Below are positions 1 to 8,864 of a stretch of 64,000 nucleotides of DNA, piece by piece; within the stretch, counting starts at the first letter, position 1; the number at the start of each line of letters is the position of its first letter. Origin of the DNA: a virus (lineage: Duplodnaviria > Heunggongvirae > Uroviricota > Caudoviricetes); IMG/VR virus record IMGVR_UViG_3300025011_000026; one strand, given 5' to 3'. A model generated the notes under the pieces. That model was not told the DNA's origin. It did no database searches and saw only the letters and a list, made by a program, of their open reading frames with translations. The position numbers and the translations under genes were made by a program.

Positions 1-60
1 GATTTCATTTATTATCTCAATAAAGAAGTAGATTTAGAGGAAAATGCTTATGATTTTGAT

Positions 61-273
61 ATGCCATTACCTGACAGTACAAAAGAATATTTTTTAATCT
101 TTAATGATAAGATTTGGCTTTACATAATTATATCTGATGAATATATGGGAAGTGGAGAATCTTCAACTTATGCTCATATTAATAGTATTTTAGTTCCAGA
201 AGGTACAGACATTGAAGAGGTCAGAGAAATTAAGGATTGGTTAATTAAGGGTGGATTTAAGTTATTGAAGTAG
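61..273 (+). CDS. hypothetical protein (70 aa)
   Basis: ORF in co-directional + strand gene array; no recognisable motif. Confidence 0.4.
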   Translation: MPLPDSTKEYFLIFNDKIWLYIIISDEYMGSGESSTYAHINSILVPEGTDIEEVREIKDWLIKGGFKLLK

Positions 274-383
274 GAATTTCTTGAAAAATACAAAGTAAAA
301 TATAATATTGTGTTTTCTGAAAGTGTTGCTACAGTAGGCTTTTAGAAAACACAATATGGCATAAAACTAATCATTTAAAGGAT

Positions 384-743
384 GTGAGTATAAATTTGAA
401 TTTGCTAGAATTAAAAACAAATGTTGACTACATAATTAATAATTTACGAGATTATCAAGACCCAAAAGATATTGTTGTTGCAATTACTTTGTCGGAAAGT
501 TCAATTGGTTCAAGAGCTTTTGCTAGAATTTATTCTGCAGGTATGGGGTTTGATTGGGAAAGTGGACAATTTAGAATTGAGCCACAAACTCCTATAGTTA
601 GAAAAGGAAACACTTTTAATGATATTAAAAATGTTGAATGTAAACCATTCGAAGGTAGGAAGTATTACTTTTGCCCAAGATGTGAGAGTAAAATAAGCAA
701 AGATGATAAATTTTGTAGATATTGTAGTCAGAAATTAAAGTAA
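384..743 (+). CDS. hypothetical protein with C-terminal zinc ribbon
   Basis: CPRC...CRYC pairs at C-terminus; co-directional array. Confidence 0.5.
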   Translation: MSINLNLLELKTNVDYIINNLRDYQDPKDIVVAITLSESSIGSRAFARIYSAGMGFDWESGQFRIEPQTPIVRKGNTFNDIKNVECKPFEGRKYYFCPRCESKISKDDKFCRYCSQKLK

Positions 744-796
744 CGTACAATAGAATTAACCTTTGATTCGATTATTAGAAAGAAGGAGTAATACAT

Positions 797-1072
797 ATGA
801 AGAAAGAAACTTTTTATTGTGATATTTGTAATAAAGAGATAAGTGAATTAGATTTAACTAAAAAATTTATTCCGGTTATTAATAAAATATATGCGACTGG
901 TGGAAAAAGTAATATAAAACTTGCATATATGGGTGAGGCATTGGAATTTGAAGAAAAAGAATTATGTTCTAAATGTTTACAAATACATGATCAAGAATTT
1001 ACAAAATATGCGACAATGTTTGCTCAAGGATGGAAAATACAAGTGGATTTTATTAAATCTCAAACCGTGTAA
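797..1072 (+). CDS. small zinc-finger protein
   Basis: CDIC...CSKC; RBS GAAGGAG upstream of ATG. Confidence 0.5.
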   Translation: MKKETFYCDICNKEISELDLTKKFIPVINKIYATGGKSNIKLAYMGEALEFEEKELCSKCLQIHDQEFTKYATMFAQGWKIQVDFIKSQTV

Positions 1073-1101
1073 ATATTAAATAAAAAATAGGAGGAATACA
1101 T

Positions 1102-1491
1102 ATGAGTGCAGACAATGGTATTTATATTTTAGAGTGCAAAGATCAATACAGAGTAATCCATGCTCAAGCAATTGATAATCTTTACTGGACTTTTCTTGAT
1201 GGTATGATGTCTGTTGATAAACCTGTATCCACTAGAATAGTAGAAATGTATGGTGATTCTAGGTATACTAGAGATATTAATATGGCAAGAAATATTGCCT
1301 TCTCAATGGAGAAAAGGCATCCAATATTAGAATATGGAGTAAGTTCAATTCGAGTTAATAAAACGTGGTATGAAATTGTGCAAGAAGCAAAGAAGCTTGC
1401 TCCTTTGGAAATTGAAGCAATTAATAACACTAAAAAAGATGATAGATGGGATTGGAATATTAAACGATTAGAGAAAATTATTGCACGATAA
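1102..1491 (+). CDS. hypothetical protein (129 aa)
   Basis: RBS AGGAGG 8 nt upstream; clean ORF. Confidence 0.5.
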   Translation: MSADNGIYILECKDQYRVIHAQAIDNLYWTFLDGMMSVDKPVSTRIVEMYGDSRYTRDINMARNIAFSMEKRHPILEYGVSSIRVNKTWYEIVQEAKKLAPLEIEAINNTKKDDRWDWNIKRLEKIIAR

Positions 1492-1752
1492 AAAACTGAT
1501 TTCAAGTGATTAGGAAGGAGTTTATTTAAGTGTTAAGAAAACTAAGCCATAGATTGACATAAATTGAAGTGCCAAGATCAATTAAATTATTATCTTACAT
1601 AGTAATATTTTTATCAGCAATATTTGTTCCAACTTATCTTCTTTTCTTAGACCATTATATATTTGCACTTATAGCACTTGTGTTAGGTATTTATGGAATA
1701 ATTGAAAGTTTAGAGTGGCAATGAAAAAAGAAATTCAAAGGATGGTGAATAT

Positions 1753-1989
1753 ATGAGAAGAGAATTAAAGAAACCATACATAATAGATAGAATAGTACCA
1801 TTATTTTTATGGCATAAATGCGATTTGTGTGGAAGTGAATTTAAGTATGAATACGGATGGAAAATTCGCTATTCAACTACATCTAGAATTATATGTAATA
1901 CCTGTGCTGAGTTTAGTTGGGTAGCAGAAAAACTAGCACTTACATGGGGAGAATCTGGATGTGACAAGCCAAGTGTAAGACTTAAATAA
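1753..1989 (+). CDS. small zinc-ribbon protein
   Basis: CDLC...CNTC motif pairs; RBS AAGGATGG upstream. Confidence 0.5.
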   Translation: MRRELKKPYIIDRIVPLFLWHKCDLCGSEFKYEYGWKIRYSTTSRIICNTCAEFSWVAEKLALTWGESGCDKPSVRLK

Positions 1990-2032
1990 TTATACTTCGA
2001 ATCTCATATTTCGTAGGAGAGGAGGACTTCTA

Positions 2033-2158
2033 ATGATTCCGTGGGAAGAACCAATTCCAGAATGTACTGAGTGTGAGAATCATAAACCACCATATACCTT
2101 TTGTCTGTGTTGCCATTTTGCATTTAGTGAAAACAAACTGCTTCAAAAAGGAAGTTGA
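2033..2158 (+). CDS. small Cys-rich protein (41 aa)
   Basis: ATG preceded by GGAGAGGAGG RBS; CTEC...CLCC motif; below ORF-track size cutoff. Confidence 0.35.
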   Translation: MIPWEEPIPECTECENHKPPYTFCLCCHFAFSENKLLQKGS

Positions 2159-2164
2159 TTAATA

Positions 2165-2488
2165 ATGATTAGAAAATTTCCATATTTATGTGAAATGTGC
2201 AAGAAACATTTCGATGAGCCGAACATTGTTAAAGAAAATCATTGTAAATATAATGTATGTCACATTGTAATAGTAAGTGGATTACACGACCATGTTTTAT
2301 TAATTATCGATAATATCACTATTCTTAGAATAGAAAGGAGTAATATATGTCTCTATTTACTAAACAACCAATGTTTTGCTGTATTTGTGGAACTGAAATT
2401 ATGTTTGATTTTAATTATCGTGGTATTCCAATTTGTGATGTACAATGTTGGGACGAATATCAAAGAAGAAAATCTTTATATATTTTAG
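2165..2488 (+). CDS. hypothetical Cys-rich protein; 3' part overlaps next genes (true end uncertain)
   Basis: N-terminal half plausible (CEMC...C..C); C-terminal half low-complexity and overlaps 2347..2553. Confidence 0.3.
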   Translation: MIRKFPYLCEMCKKHFDEPNIVKENHCKYNVCHIVIVSGLHDHVLLIIDNITILRIERSNICLYLLNNQCFAVFVELKLCLILIIVVFQFVMYNVGTNIKEENLYIF

Positions 2489-2553
2489 GGAAAAAGTATT
2501 ATGTAAAATCACAGCAAACAACTTTTGGTTTGATGAAAGGAGAATTATTATAA
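2347..2553 (+). CDS. small zinc-ribbon protein
   Basis: RBS GAAAGGAG upstream; CCICG...C..QC motif. Confidence 0.45.
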   Translation: MSLFTKQPMFCCICGTEIMFDFNYRGIPICDVQCWDEYQRRKSLYILGKKYYVKSQQTTFGLMKGELL

Positions 2554-2756
2554 TAAGATGTAAAAGAAGATTAATAAATTGTTATGAAGATTCGTGTAAA
2601 GAAGATATAATATCAAGTATTAAAGCATCTATATCATTTGAAGGTTTAGAACCTAGTGATTATGCTGTTAATTTAATTGACCAATATGCAGATGGTAAAA
2701 TCACTGTTGAAAAATATATTGCTAAAATAAAAGAAAAATATAATATTGGAAGTTAA
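2445..2756 (+). CDS. hypothetical protein, start uncertain
   Basis: C-terminal 50 aa look protein-like; N-terminal part overlaps 2347..2553 in another frame and no in-frame ATG follows the RBS near 2538. Confidence 0.3.
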   Translation: MLGRISKKKIFIYFREKVLCKITANNFWFDERRIIIIRCKRRLINCYEDSCKEDIISSIKASISFEGLEPSDYAVNLIDQYADGKITVEKYIAKIKEKYNIGS

Positions 2757-2782
2757 AAATGTTAGTTGAAGGAGGAATAAAT

Positions 2783-2974
2783 ATGTCTAATAAAACATTA
2801 AGCAAATATCTTGAAGACAATATTAAAAATAATGTAATTGATCATGCTATTAGAGCGCATAAAGATGATTATGGCAATATAGTTTTCTATATTCATCCTG
2901 CAAATGTAAGTGGAGACACCTTAGATTTTCTAGTGGATGAAAACGTATTATATCAGATGAATTATGAAGATTAA
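2783..2974 (+). CDS. hypothetical protein
   Basis: ATG 2783 preceded by GAAGGAGG RBS (track ORF begins 2759). Confidence 0.5.
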   Translation: MSNKTLSKYLEDNIKNNVIDHAIRAHKDDYGNIVFYIHPANVSGDTLDFLVDENVLYQMNYED

Positions 2975-3154
2975 TATCCTTCGAATCACAAATTTTATTT
3001 GAAATGAGATGATTATTAATGTGCAAATATAGAAACTCTGAATATTTTTGTGCAATCACAAAAGAAAAATGTAATCAAAAGTCTGACTATGAATGTATCA
3101 TATATATTTCATACGAAGAAATGATTAGAGAATAACAAATTATAAAATAAATAC

Positions 3155-3183
3155 TTGACTTAATACCTTGCCCATGTTATTAT
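3155..3183 (+). promoter_or_regulatory. promoter TTGACT-N17-TGtTATTAT with A-rich upstream element
   Basis: read directly; near-identical copy at 23549. Confidence 0.5.
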
Positions 3184-3582
3184 ATAAATATACCAAATAC
3201 ATAAATAAATACTTCGAATTATTTCTTTTAATTGAAGACAGAAAGGAGGTTAATTGTGGATAAACTAAATTTACTTATACGAGAAATATTTAAAGAGATG
3301 AATACTAATTATGATGAACATCAAGCAGTTAAAATTGGCGAATTAATAACTGATTATTGCATTGATAAAGATTGGGATATTTATAAAGAATATAATTGAA
3401 AAGGGGACTAAAATACATAATGCAACAAAAAGTTAAAGCAAAATCAAAGGTACATTTTGGGGAACTGCTACAGTTATCATAGACCATGACGGAACAATTA
3501 TTGAAGTAGAAGAAGTGGAAAACCTTGATGATTTCGATGATTGTGAAGTTAGAGAAATAATTTATAGGATTAGAGGATAAAA

Positions 3583-3831
3583 ATGGAAACAATTACCCTA
3601 CAAGATAATCATAAAAAAGCTATGAGCAGTAAAATTACCAAAGCAATTAATTCTATTCCAGATGAAACAATTCAAGAAATATTTTTAGATTATATTGCAA
3701 ATGAGATTGACAATTTGTATTCTGAAAGTAATTTCCAAGACATTATAGAATCTCAATTAAGAGAAATTGTTAGAAATATGTTTATCGAAAAGGGATTACT
3801 AAAAGCAACAAAAATTGAGGAGAGTGTTTAA
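3583..3831 (+). CDS. hypothetical protein (82 aa)
   Basis: RBS AGAGGA upstream; acidic protein. Confidence 0.5.
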   Translation: METITLQDNHKKAMSSKITKAINSIPDETIQEIFLDYIANEIDNLYSESNFQDIIESQLREIVRNMFIEKGLLKATKIEESV

Positions 3832-3834
3832 TAA

Positions 3835-4131
3835 ATGGAAAAGAAAATTACACTTAAATATCTAACGCCATTAGAATTTATTGCTACATACACAAGAGAA
3901 GAATTTTTTAGAGGAGAACATGATAGTGAAAGAAAATGGTTAGAAGAGGATGCAGGAATGCCTATATTGAATATTATTGCAAAAATTACAACTGGCAATT
4001 ATGATCAACTTATTATGAAAACTTTTGATAAATTCGCTCCAAAAGTAGGATTTTTGTATTGTGGAGAACACGATATATTTCATGAGTATGTAAATTGTCC
4101 ATTCTGTCAGTTAGACATACGAGTTGATTAA
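3835..4131 (+). CDS. hypothetical protein with C-terminal CPFC motif
   Basis: translationally coupled to previous gene (stop/start 4 nt apart). Confidence 0.5.
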   Translation: MEKKITLKYLTPLEFIATYTREEFFRGEHDSERKWLEEDAGMPILNIIAKITTGNYDQLIMKTFDKFAPKVGFLYCGEHDIFHEYVNCPFCQLDIRVD

Positions 4132-4185
4132 ATAGTTGAATGGTATATTTTCTAGCAATTTAAGAAAGAAAGGAATTGATACATA

Positions 4186-4515
4186 ATGGATAAAGAATTG
4201 TTTAAAGAGTTAGAAGAAGCATCAAAACCATTGCAGGACTTCTTAATGAAACATTTTGATCAAATGACTAAAATAGAGGTAGAAATTGGTCATATTAATG
4301 TGTTAAACGGAGTAATGGGAATGCCTACTGAAATTGATGATTCTGTAAAACAAATTGATAGATATATGAATGATAAAGAGAATTGTGATAATTGTAAATA
4401 TAATTTTATTGATTTTAATTTGGGTTGTTATGATAGGTGGTATGAGATGAATAGGATTTATACTAGAAAAATTGGAGATAATAGTGAAATGATTAATTGT
4501 TGGGAGCAAGGATAA
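4186..4515 (+). CDS. hypothetical protein (109 aa)
   Basis: RBS AAAGGAA upstream; CDNC motif. Confidence 0.5.
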   Translation: MDKELFKELEEASKPLQDFLMKHFDQMTKIEVEIGHINVLNGVMGMPTEIDDSVKQIDRYMNDKENCDNCKYNFIDFNLGCYDRWYEMNRIYTRKIGDNSEMINCWEQG

Positions 4516-4570
4516 ATCAATTGAATAGTCGATTTCCAATGAAAATAAATTAAAAAGGAGAGATTAATAA

Positions 4571-5341
4571 ATGAATTATGATGATTATGACTATGAAACC
4601 CAATATGAACCAAGCGAAGTAGATCAATTAGTTGAAGAGTTTAGAGATAAAATTAGGGAACATTTATTACCTAATATTCAAGAAGAAATTGATCGCCTAA
4701 ACAAAGAAAATATTGAACTTAGACAAAAATATAATGAATATAAGACTAAGGAATCCGAATTAAGTAATAAGGAAAGAGACTTAAAATATAAAGAAGATAA
4801 TCTTAAAAGAGAAGTTGAAAGAGAATTTTATGCAAGTAACATAGGCGACACTTTGAAAGATTACATAGAAAATGCAGAAGTGTGGTTCGCGGATAGTAAG
4901 GGATTTCAACAAGATAAATGTCATTTATGTAATGATAAACGTAAATTAGTTGCTGAATTCCCTGGTGGTAAAACAACAGAAATAAATTGCGATTGTAGTA
5001 GAATAATATCTAAGTATGTTCCAGAAATATCTGAGTTATCTACTATTAGATTTAGCAAAAGAGATAGTCAATATCAATCAGAAAGAAAATTTTATTTATG
5101 GAAAACTTTTGTACCATCAGGAAAATCTAGTTATTATGATGATCACAGCTATAATGATTTTAAACTTTGTCAAATAGTAGACGAATTTAATGATAGTACT
5201 AAAGAACTTCATGAAGATAAGAAATGGGATACAAAAATTGGATTCAAAATTAAAGAAGAATGCCAAAAATATTGCGATTGGTTAAATAGAGACAAGACGG
5301 AAGAAATTGAAGAAGAAAACGATGAGGGAGATGAAGATTAA
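4571..5341 (+). CDS. coiled-coil protein with Cys cluster and acidic C-terminus
   Basis: RBS AAAGGAGAG; N-terminal heptad-like EIDRLNKENIELRQKY; CHLCN...CDCS. Confidence 0.5.
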   Translation: MNYDDYDYETQYEPSEVDQLVEEFRDKIREHLLPNIQEEIDRLNKENIELRQKYNEYKTKESELSNKERDLKYKEDNLKREVEREFYASNIGDTLKDYIENAEVWFADSKGFQQDKCHLCNDKRKLVAEFPGGKTTEINCDCSRIISKYVPEISELSTIRFSKRDSQYQSERKFYLWKTFVPSGKSSYYDDHSYNDFKLCQIVDEFNDSTKELHEDKKWDTKIGFKIKEECQKYCDWLNRDKTEEIEEENDEGDED

Positions 5342-5403
5342 ATCCGAGGAAAAATTAGATTCGAGGGATTTTAGAAATAATTAAAATGAAAGAAGGAAAC
5401 AAT

Positions 5404-5970
5404 ATGGAAATATTTGATATTGAAAAACACTGGGATGATTTCAAAAACAATAAATTGGTGGTAAATTGTCCAACTCAAGAATTAGCAAATGAGTTTCATG
5501 ATTATTGTAGCAAACAAAATATTACATGGTTTGGTCACTCAATAAAAAATAATTATTGGAGTGACGAAAGTACTTGTTATAGACACCAAACATCACTTAC
5601 TTTTGCAGATATAGAACATTATGAAAATGAACATTATACAATAGTTGAATTCCAAGGACTTTCTAAAGACAAGATAAAAATTGAGATAAAAATTCCAACA
5701 GAAACATCCAAAGAAATCATTAAAGTAATCTATCACAATAAAGAAACAATTGTATTAATCAAGTCAGATGGCAGATATTATAAAGGCGTTGTCAGTTGTC
5801 ATTATCAAGATACATATGATAAAGAAATTGGATTTCAAAGAGCGTATGAAATTGCAAGAGAAAAATATAATGAATTTAAGGGATGTGAAAATAAAGTAAT
5901 CACCAAAACAAAAAATATTAATGATGATGACTTATATCCTATAAATTTGACTTATGGAGAATTGAATTGA
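5404..5970 (+). CDS. hypothetical protein
   Basis: ATG 5404 with AAGGAAAC RBS (track start 5386). Confidence 0.5.
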   Translation: MEIFDIEKHWDDFKNNKLVVNCPTQELANEFHDYCSKQNITWFGHSIKNNYWSDESTCYRHQTSLTFADIEHYENEHYTIVEFQGLSKDKIKIEIKIPTETSKEIIKVIYHNKETIVLIKSDGRYYKGVVSCHYQDTYDKEIGFQRAYEIAREKYNEFKGCENKVITKTKNINDDDLYPINLTYGELN

Positions 5971-6169
5971 ATTTAATTTTTAATATAATTGGTAGTGTTA
6001 ATGATAGAGGTAGTTATGAAAGATATTATGATGATCAAATTAAAAATGAAATTGATAGTATGTTGAATAAAATAGATATTGTTAGAGATGCAATTTGTAA
6101 TAAAGATTAAAGAGTATAATCCTTCGAAAGTTTCAGTTTATCTGAATTTAAGAAAGGAATGATAAAATA

Positions 6170-6355
6170 ATGCAAATCAGAATTATTAAAAATGATCCTC
6201 CTGTTAATGGAGCAAGTGATATTAGTAAATATGTTGGTCAAATTTTTAATGCACAAAAAGATGGAGACGGAGATGTTTCAATAGTCGAAGGGCTATTATA
6301 TGCAATGACAATATTTAATGGAGAATATGAAATTGTAGAGGAGGAAAATAATTAA
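6170..6355 (+). CDS. hypothetical protein (61 aa)
   Basis: RBS AAGGAATG; overlaps next start by 1 nt (coupling). Confidence 0.45.
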   Translation: MQIRIIKNDPPVNGASDISKYVGQIFNAQKDGDGDVSIVEGLLYAMTIFNGEYEIVEEENN

Positions 6356-6684
6356 TGAAATGCGAATTGTGTTTACTTCGTGGAGAAGATGAAAAAGAAG
6401 AATATTTAAATTTACATCTAATTGTAAAAGAAAATCACTATCAAAAATTCATTCTTAAAGATGATGGAACACTAGAATATGAGGATTCTGATGCAGATCA
6501 AACAATGTATTTAGAATGTCCTCTATGTGGAACTAAATTTGATTTAGATACAGATTATAAGAACTTTTCATTACAAATGGAAGAAAGACATGTCATTACG
6601 AGATTAGATTTTAACAATTATAAAAGTGAAAATCCTATTGTTAATTTGAATGATTATAAAATTATAGAGAGGATGGGCGATTAA
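6355..6684 (+). CDS. zinc-ribbon protein
   Basis: CELC...CPLCG motif pair. Confidence 0.5.
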   Translation: MKCELCLLRGEDEKEEYLNLHLIVKENHYQKFILKDDGTLEYEDSDADQTMYLECPLCGTKFDLDTDYKNFSLQMEERHVITRLDFNNYKSENPIVNLNDYKIIERMGD

Positions 6685-7019
6685 TGAAAATTGAATTCAA
6701 CTTATTCAAATTAAAGAAAGACAGTAAAACTTATCAACAATGGTCAACAAAAGATTATATGAAGAAAGAATTAGACCTTGACATTATCATTGTTGGAAAA
6801 GAGAAATTAGGTGATAAATTATACCTTAGAGGTTCTACCATTGGTGATAAAGGATTAACTTTGATTGGTGGTTTAATGCTTGATGAAAGTGGTTATTTAA
6901 TTCCAGAAGAAGATTTGCAATATACATCTTGTTCAATGGAATTCAATATCCATAAAAAGTATTTGAATGTTAGAATTATTGAGGATATTCAGAGAATCAA
7001 TGATAGGTTAATTGGATAA
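6684..7019 (+). CDS. hypothetical protein
   Basis: start overlaps previous stop (ATGA coupling). Confidence 0.5.
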   Translation: MKIEFNLFKLKKDSKTYQQWSTKDYMKKELDLDIIIVGKEKLGDKLYLRGSTIGDKGLTLIGGLMLDESGYLIPEEDLQYTSCSMEFNIHKKYLNVRIIEDIQRINDRLIG

Positions 7020-7241
7020 ATAAAATTAAAGGAAGTGAAAATAATTATCTTAGCAGAAAAGATTATTGCATACATAAAAAATGAAGCAGATAAAGAAGTT
7101 GCAAGAAAAGCTAAGGCAATGGATAAAGATATAAGAGGATGCATTAGTCAAAGCATCTATAGAAATCAGCGTATGCTTAAAAGATTTATTGGGTGTGGTC
7201 AGAGGTAATACATATATAAACTAAAGAAAAAGGAGTTTAGT

Positions 7242-7529
7242 ATGAAGAAATTTTTCCACATCGTATTACCAATCATATTATCAATTGGTTTAACTGGCTG
7301 TGGTAGTAAAGGTACAACAGTAACTAGAATAAGTCAATATGATGGAGTTAAAGTTGTTTTTACGGGTAGCGTAGATAATCAATATGCTACATATGAATGG
7401 AAACTTAGAGATTATGATTTTACTGAAAAAGGAATGGAAGAAATCGTAAAACTAAATCCTAAAAACGGAGATAGAGTTAAAATAAATACTATAGGGTCTT
7501 TAATACTAAAATTGACCATATTGAATTAG
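7242..7529 (+). CDS. small lipoprotein
   Basis: N-terminal signal peptide with lipobox LTGC (MKKFFHIVLPIILSIGLTGCGSKG); RBS AAAGGAG. Confidence 0.55.
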   Translation: MKKFFHIVLPIILSIGLTGCGSKGTTVTRISQYDGVKVVFTGSVDNQYATYEWKLRDYDFTEKGMEEIVKLNPKNGDRVKINTIGSLILKLTILN

Positions 7530-7559
7530 TTCCTTAAAAACTAAAGAAGGAAACAATAA

Positions 7560-7967
7560 ATGCTTACAAAACCAGAACATGGTTGGACTAACCTACAAAT
7601 TAATGACTTCTCAGAAAGAGCGAGTTACATGACAAACATACCAAATGAATTTCTAGATGCTTTTATCAGTGCTTTACAAAATAGCACTCCTGCTGTAGTT
7701 TTCTTTGATGCTGAAGGTTGGGGCTTTCATTTGGTTGCATCATACTATTGTAGTTATATTATTGTAGATAAGGATGATGCAAAATTATTTACAGTTAGCA
7801 AGAATATTCATGCATTAGCAAAAGAATTATATGATGATATAAATAATAACCTTGATGATTGGACTAATTGGTATTTAGATGAAAGCGATACAGAGGAAGA
7901 AAGAAAAGAGTATAGGATGGTGTTGGAAGATAAATTAAATCAATTAAATATAGAGATTAACAAATAA
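7560..7967 (+). CDS. hypothetical acidic protein (135 aa)
   Basis: RBS GAAGGAAAC; no known motif. Confidence 0.5.
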   Translation: MLTKPEHGWTNLQINDFSERASYMTNIPNEFLDAFISALQNSTPAVVFFDAEGWGFHLVASYYCSYIIVDKDDAKLFTVSKNIHALAKELYDDINNNLDDWTNWYLDESDTEEERKEYRMVLEDKLNQLNIEINK

Positions 7968-7983
7968 AATGGAGAGTGATTAA

Positions 7984-8454
7984 ATGTCAATGACCATAGG
8001 TGTAATTTCAGGTATGGTAGCATTAGGTGCTTTTGGTATAGGATATTATTTATACAACTCTAAAAACAAATCTATTCCTAATTCTAATTCTAAACCAGAA
8101 ATCAAAGTAAAAGAAATCAAACAAAAGCAAAAAGTTGAATTATCACAGAAAACATATGCTCCATTAAATTATGTTCCTAAAAATACAAAACCAACTCCTA
8201 AGACAACTTATAATTCTAATTCTAATCAAAATCGTAAGAATAATAATCATGTTGAAGATGATTATTTGTTAAATACTTCAATAGGTTTTGGAATTATTAG
8301 TTCTGCATCAGATGATCATGATAGTCATAAACATTCATATCATAGTTCGCATAGTTATCATGACTCACATGATAGTGGTAGTAGTTCGCATAGCTCGTAT
8401 GATTCTGGTGGCAGTTCTGACTCAAGTAGTTGTGATTGTGGAGGATGTGATTAA
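7984..8454 (+). CDS. membrane-anchored protein with His/Ser-rich low-complexity tail ending CDCGGCD
   Basis: single N-terminal TM (MSMTIGVISGMVALGAFGIGYYLY); SHDSHKHSYHSSHSYHDSHDSGSSSHSSYDSGGSSDSSSCDCGGCD. Confidence 0.5.
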   Translation: MSMTIGVISGMVALGAFGIGYYLYNSKNKSIPNSNSKPEIKVKEIKQKQKVELSQKTYAPLNYVPKNTKPTPKTTYNSNSNQNRKNNNHVEDDYLLNTSIGFGIISSASDDHDSHKHSYHSSHSYHDSHDSGSSSHSSYDSGGSSDSSSCDCGGCD

Positions 8455-8703
8455 ATGGAAATAAAGATTAATACAAAATTTGAGGATTCTGACAAAGCAT
8501 TTATGATTCTTGAGAATAATACTTTTATGCCAGTCGAAGTGACAACAGTTATTGCAATCGATCATGAAGTAAATGCATATAATGTTGATATTTATAGAGT
8601 AAAATATGAGGTTAAATCTCTAAAGCCATTCAAGCATTATTCAGTATACGAAGATGAACTTTATACTGCTGAGGAAATGGTAGGCGTTTTAGGTAATTGG
8701 TAG
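8455..8703 (+). CDS. hypothetical protein (82 aa)
   Basis: start overlaps preceding stop. Confidence 0.45.
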   Translation: MEIKINTKFEDSDKAFMILENNTFMPVEVTTVIAIDHEVNAYNVDIYRVKYEVKSLKPFKHYSVYEDELYTAEEMVGVLGNW

Positions 8704-8738
8704 TAAAAACTGTTTATAATGAAAGGATGTGATGTAAA

Positions 8739-8864
8739 TTGTTTGTATTATTTATTCTATCTATAGTTGCAATACTACTATTCTTAGCAATACCACTATA
8801 CGGTAAAATAGGCCAGAAGATTGAAAATGTAGAAAATAAAATTAAAGAGGAGATTAAAAAATAA
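8739..8864 (+). CDS. small single-pass membrane peptide (41 aa), TTG start
   Basis: hydrophobic LFVLFILSIVAILLFLAIPLY then charged tail; stop overlaps ATG of SPFH gene (TAATG); below ORF-track cutoff. Confidence 0.35.
   Translation: MFVLFILSIVAILLFLAIPLYGKIGQKIENVENKIKEEIKK

Noticed and set aside
1994-3219. TTCGAATC motifs resembling tRNA T-loops (possible phage tRNA genes)
   Set aside because: No complementary T-stem, acceptor stem or anticodon arm can be built around any copy. Treated as a regulatory motif instead.
7035-7208. Possible 58-aa GTG-initiated ORF in the 7020..7241 spacer
   Set aside because: RBS-like AAGGAA is only 2 nt from the GTG, and no alternative start has proper spacing. 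Left unannotated.
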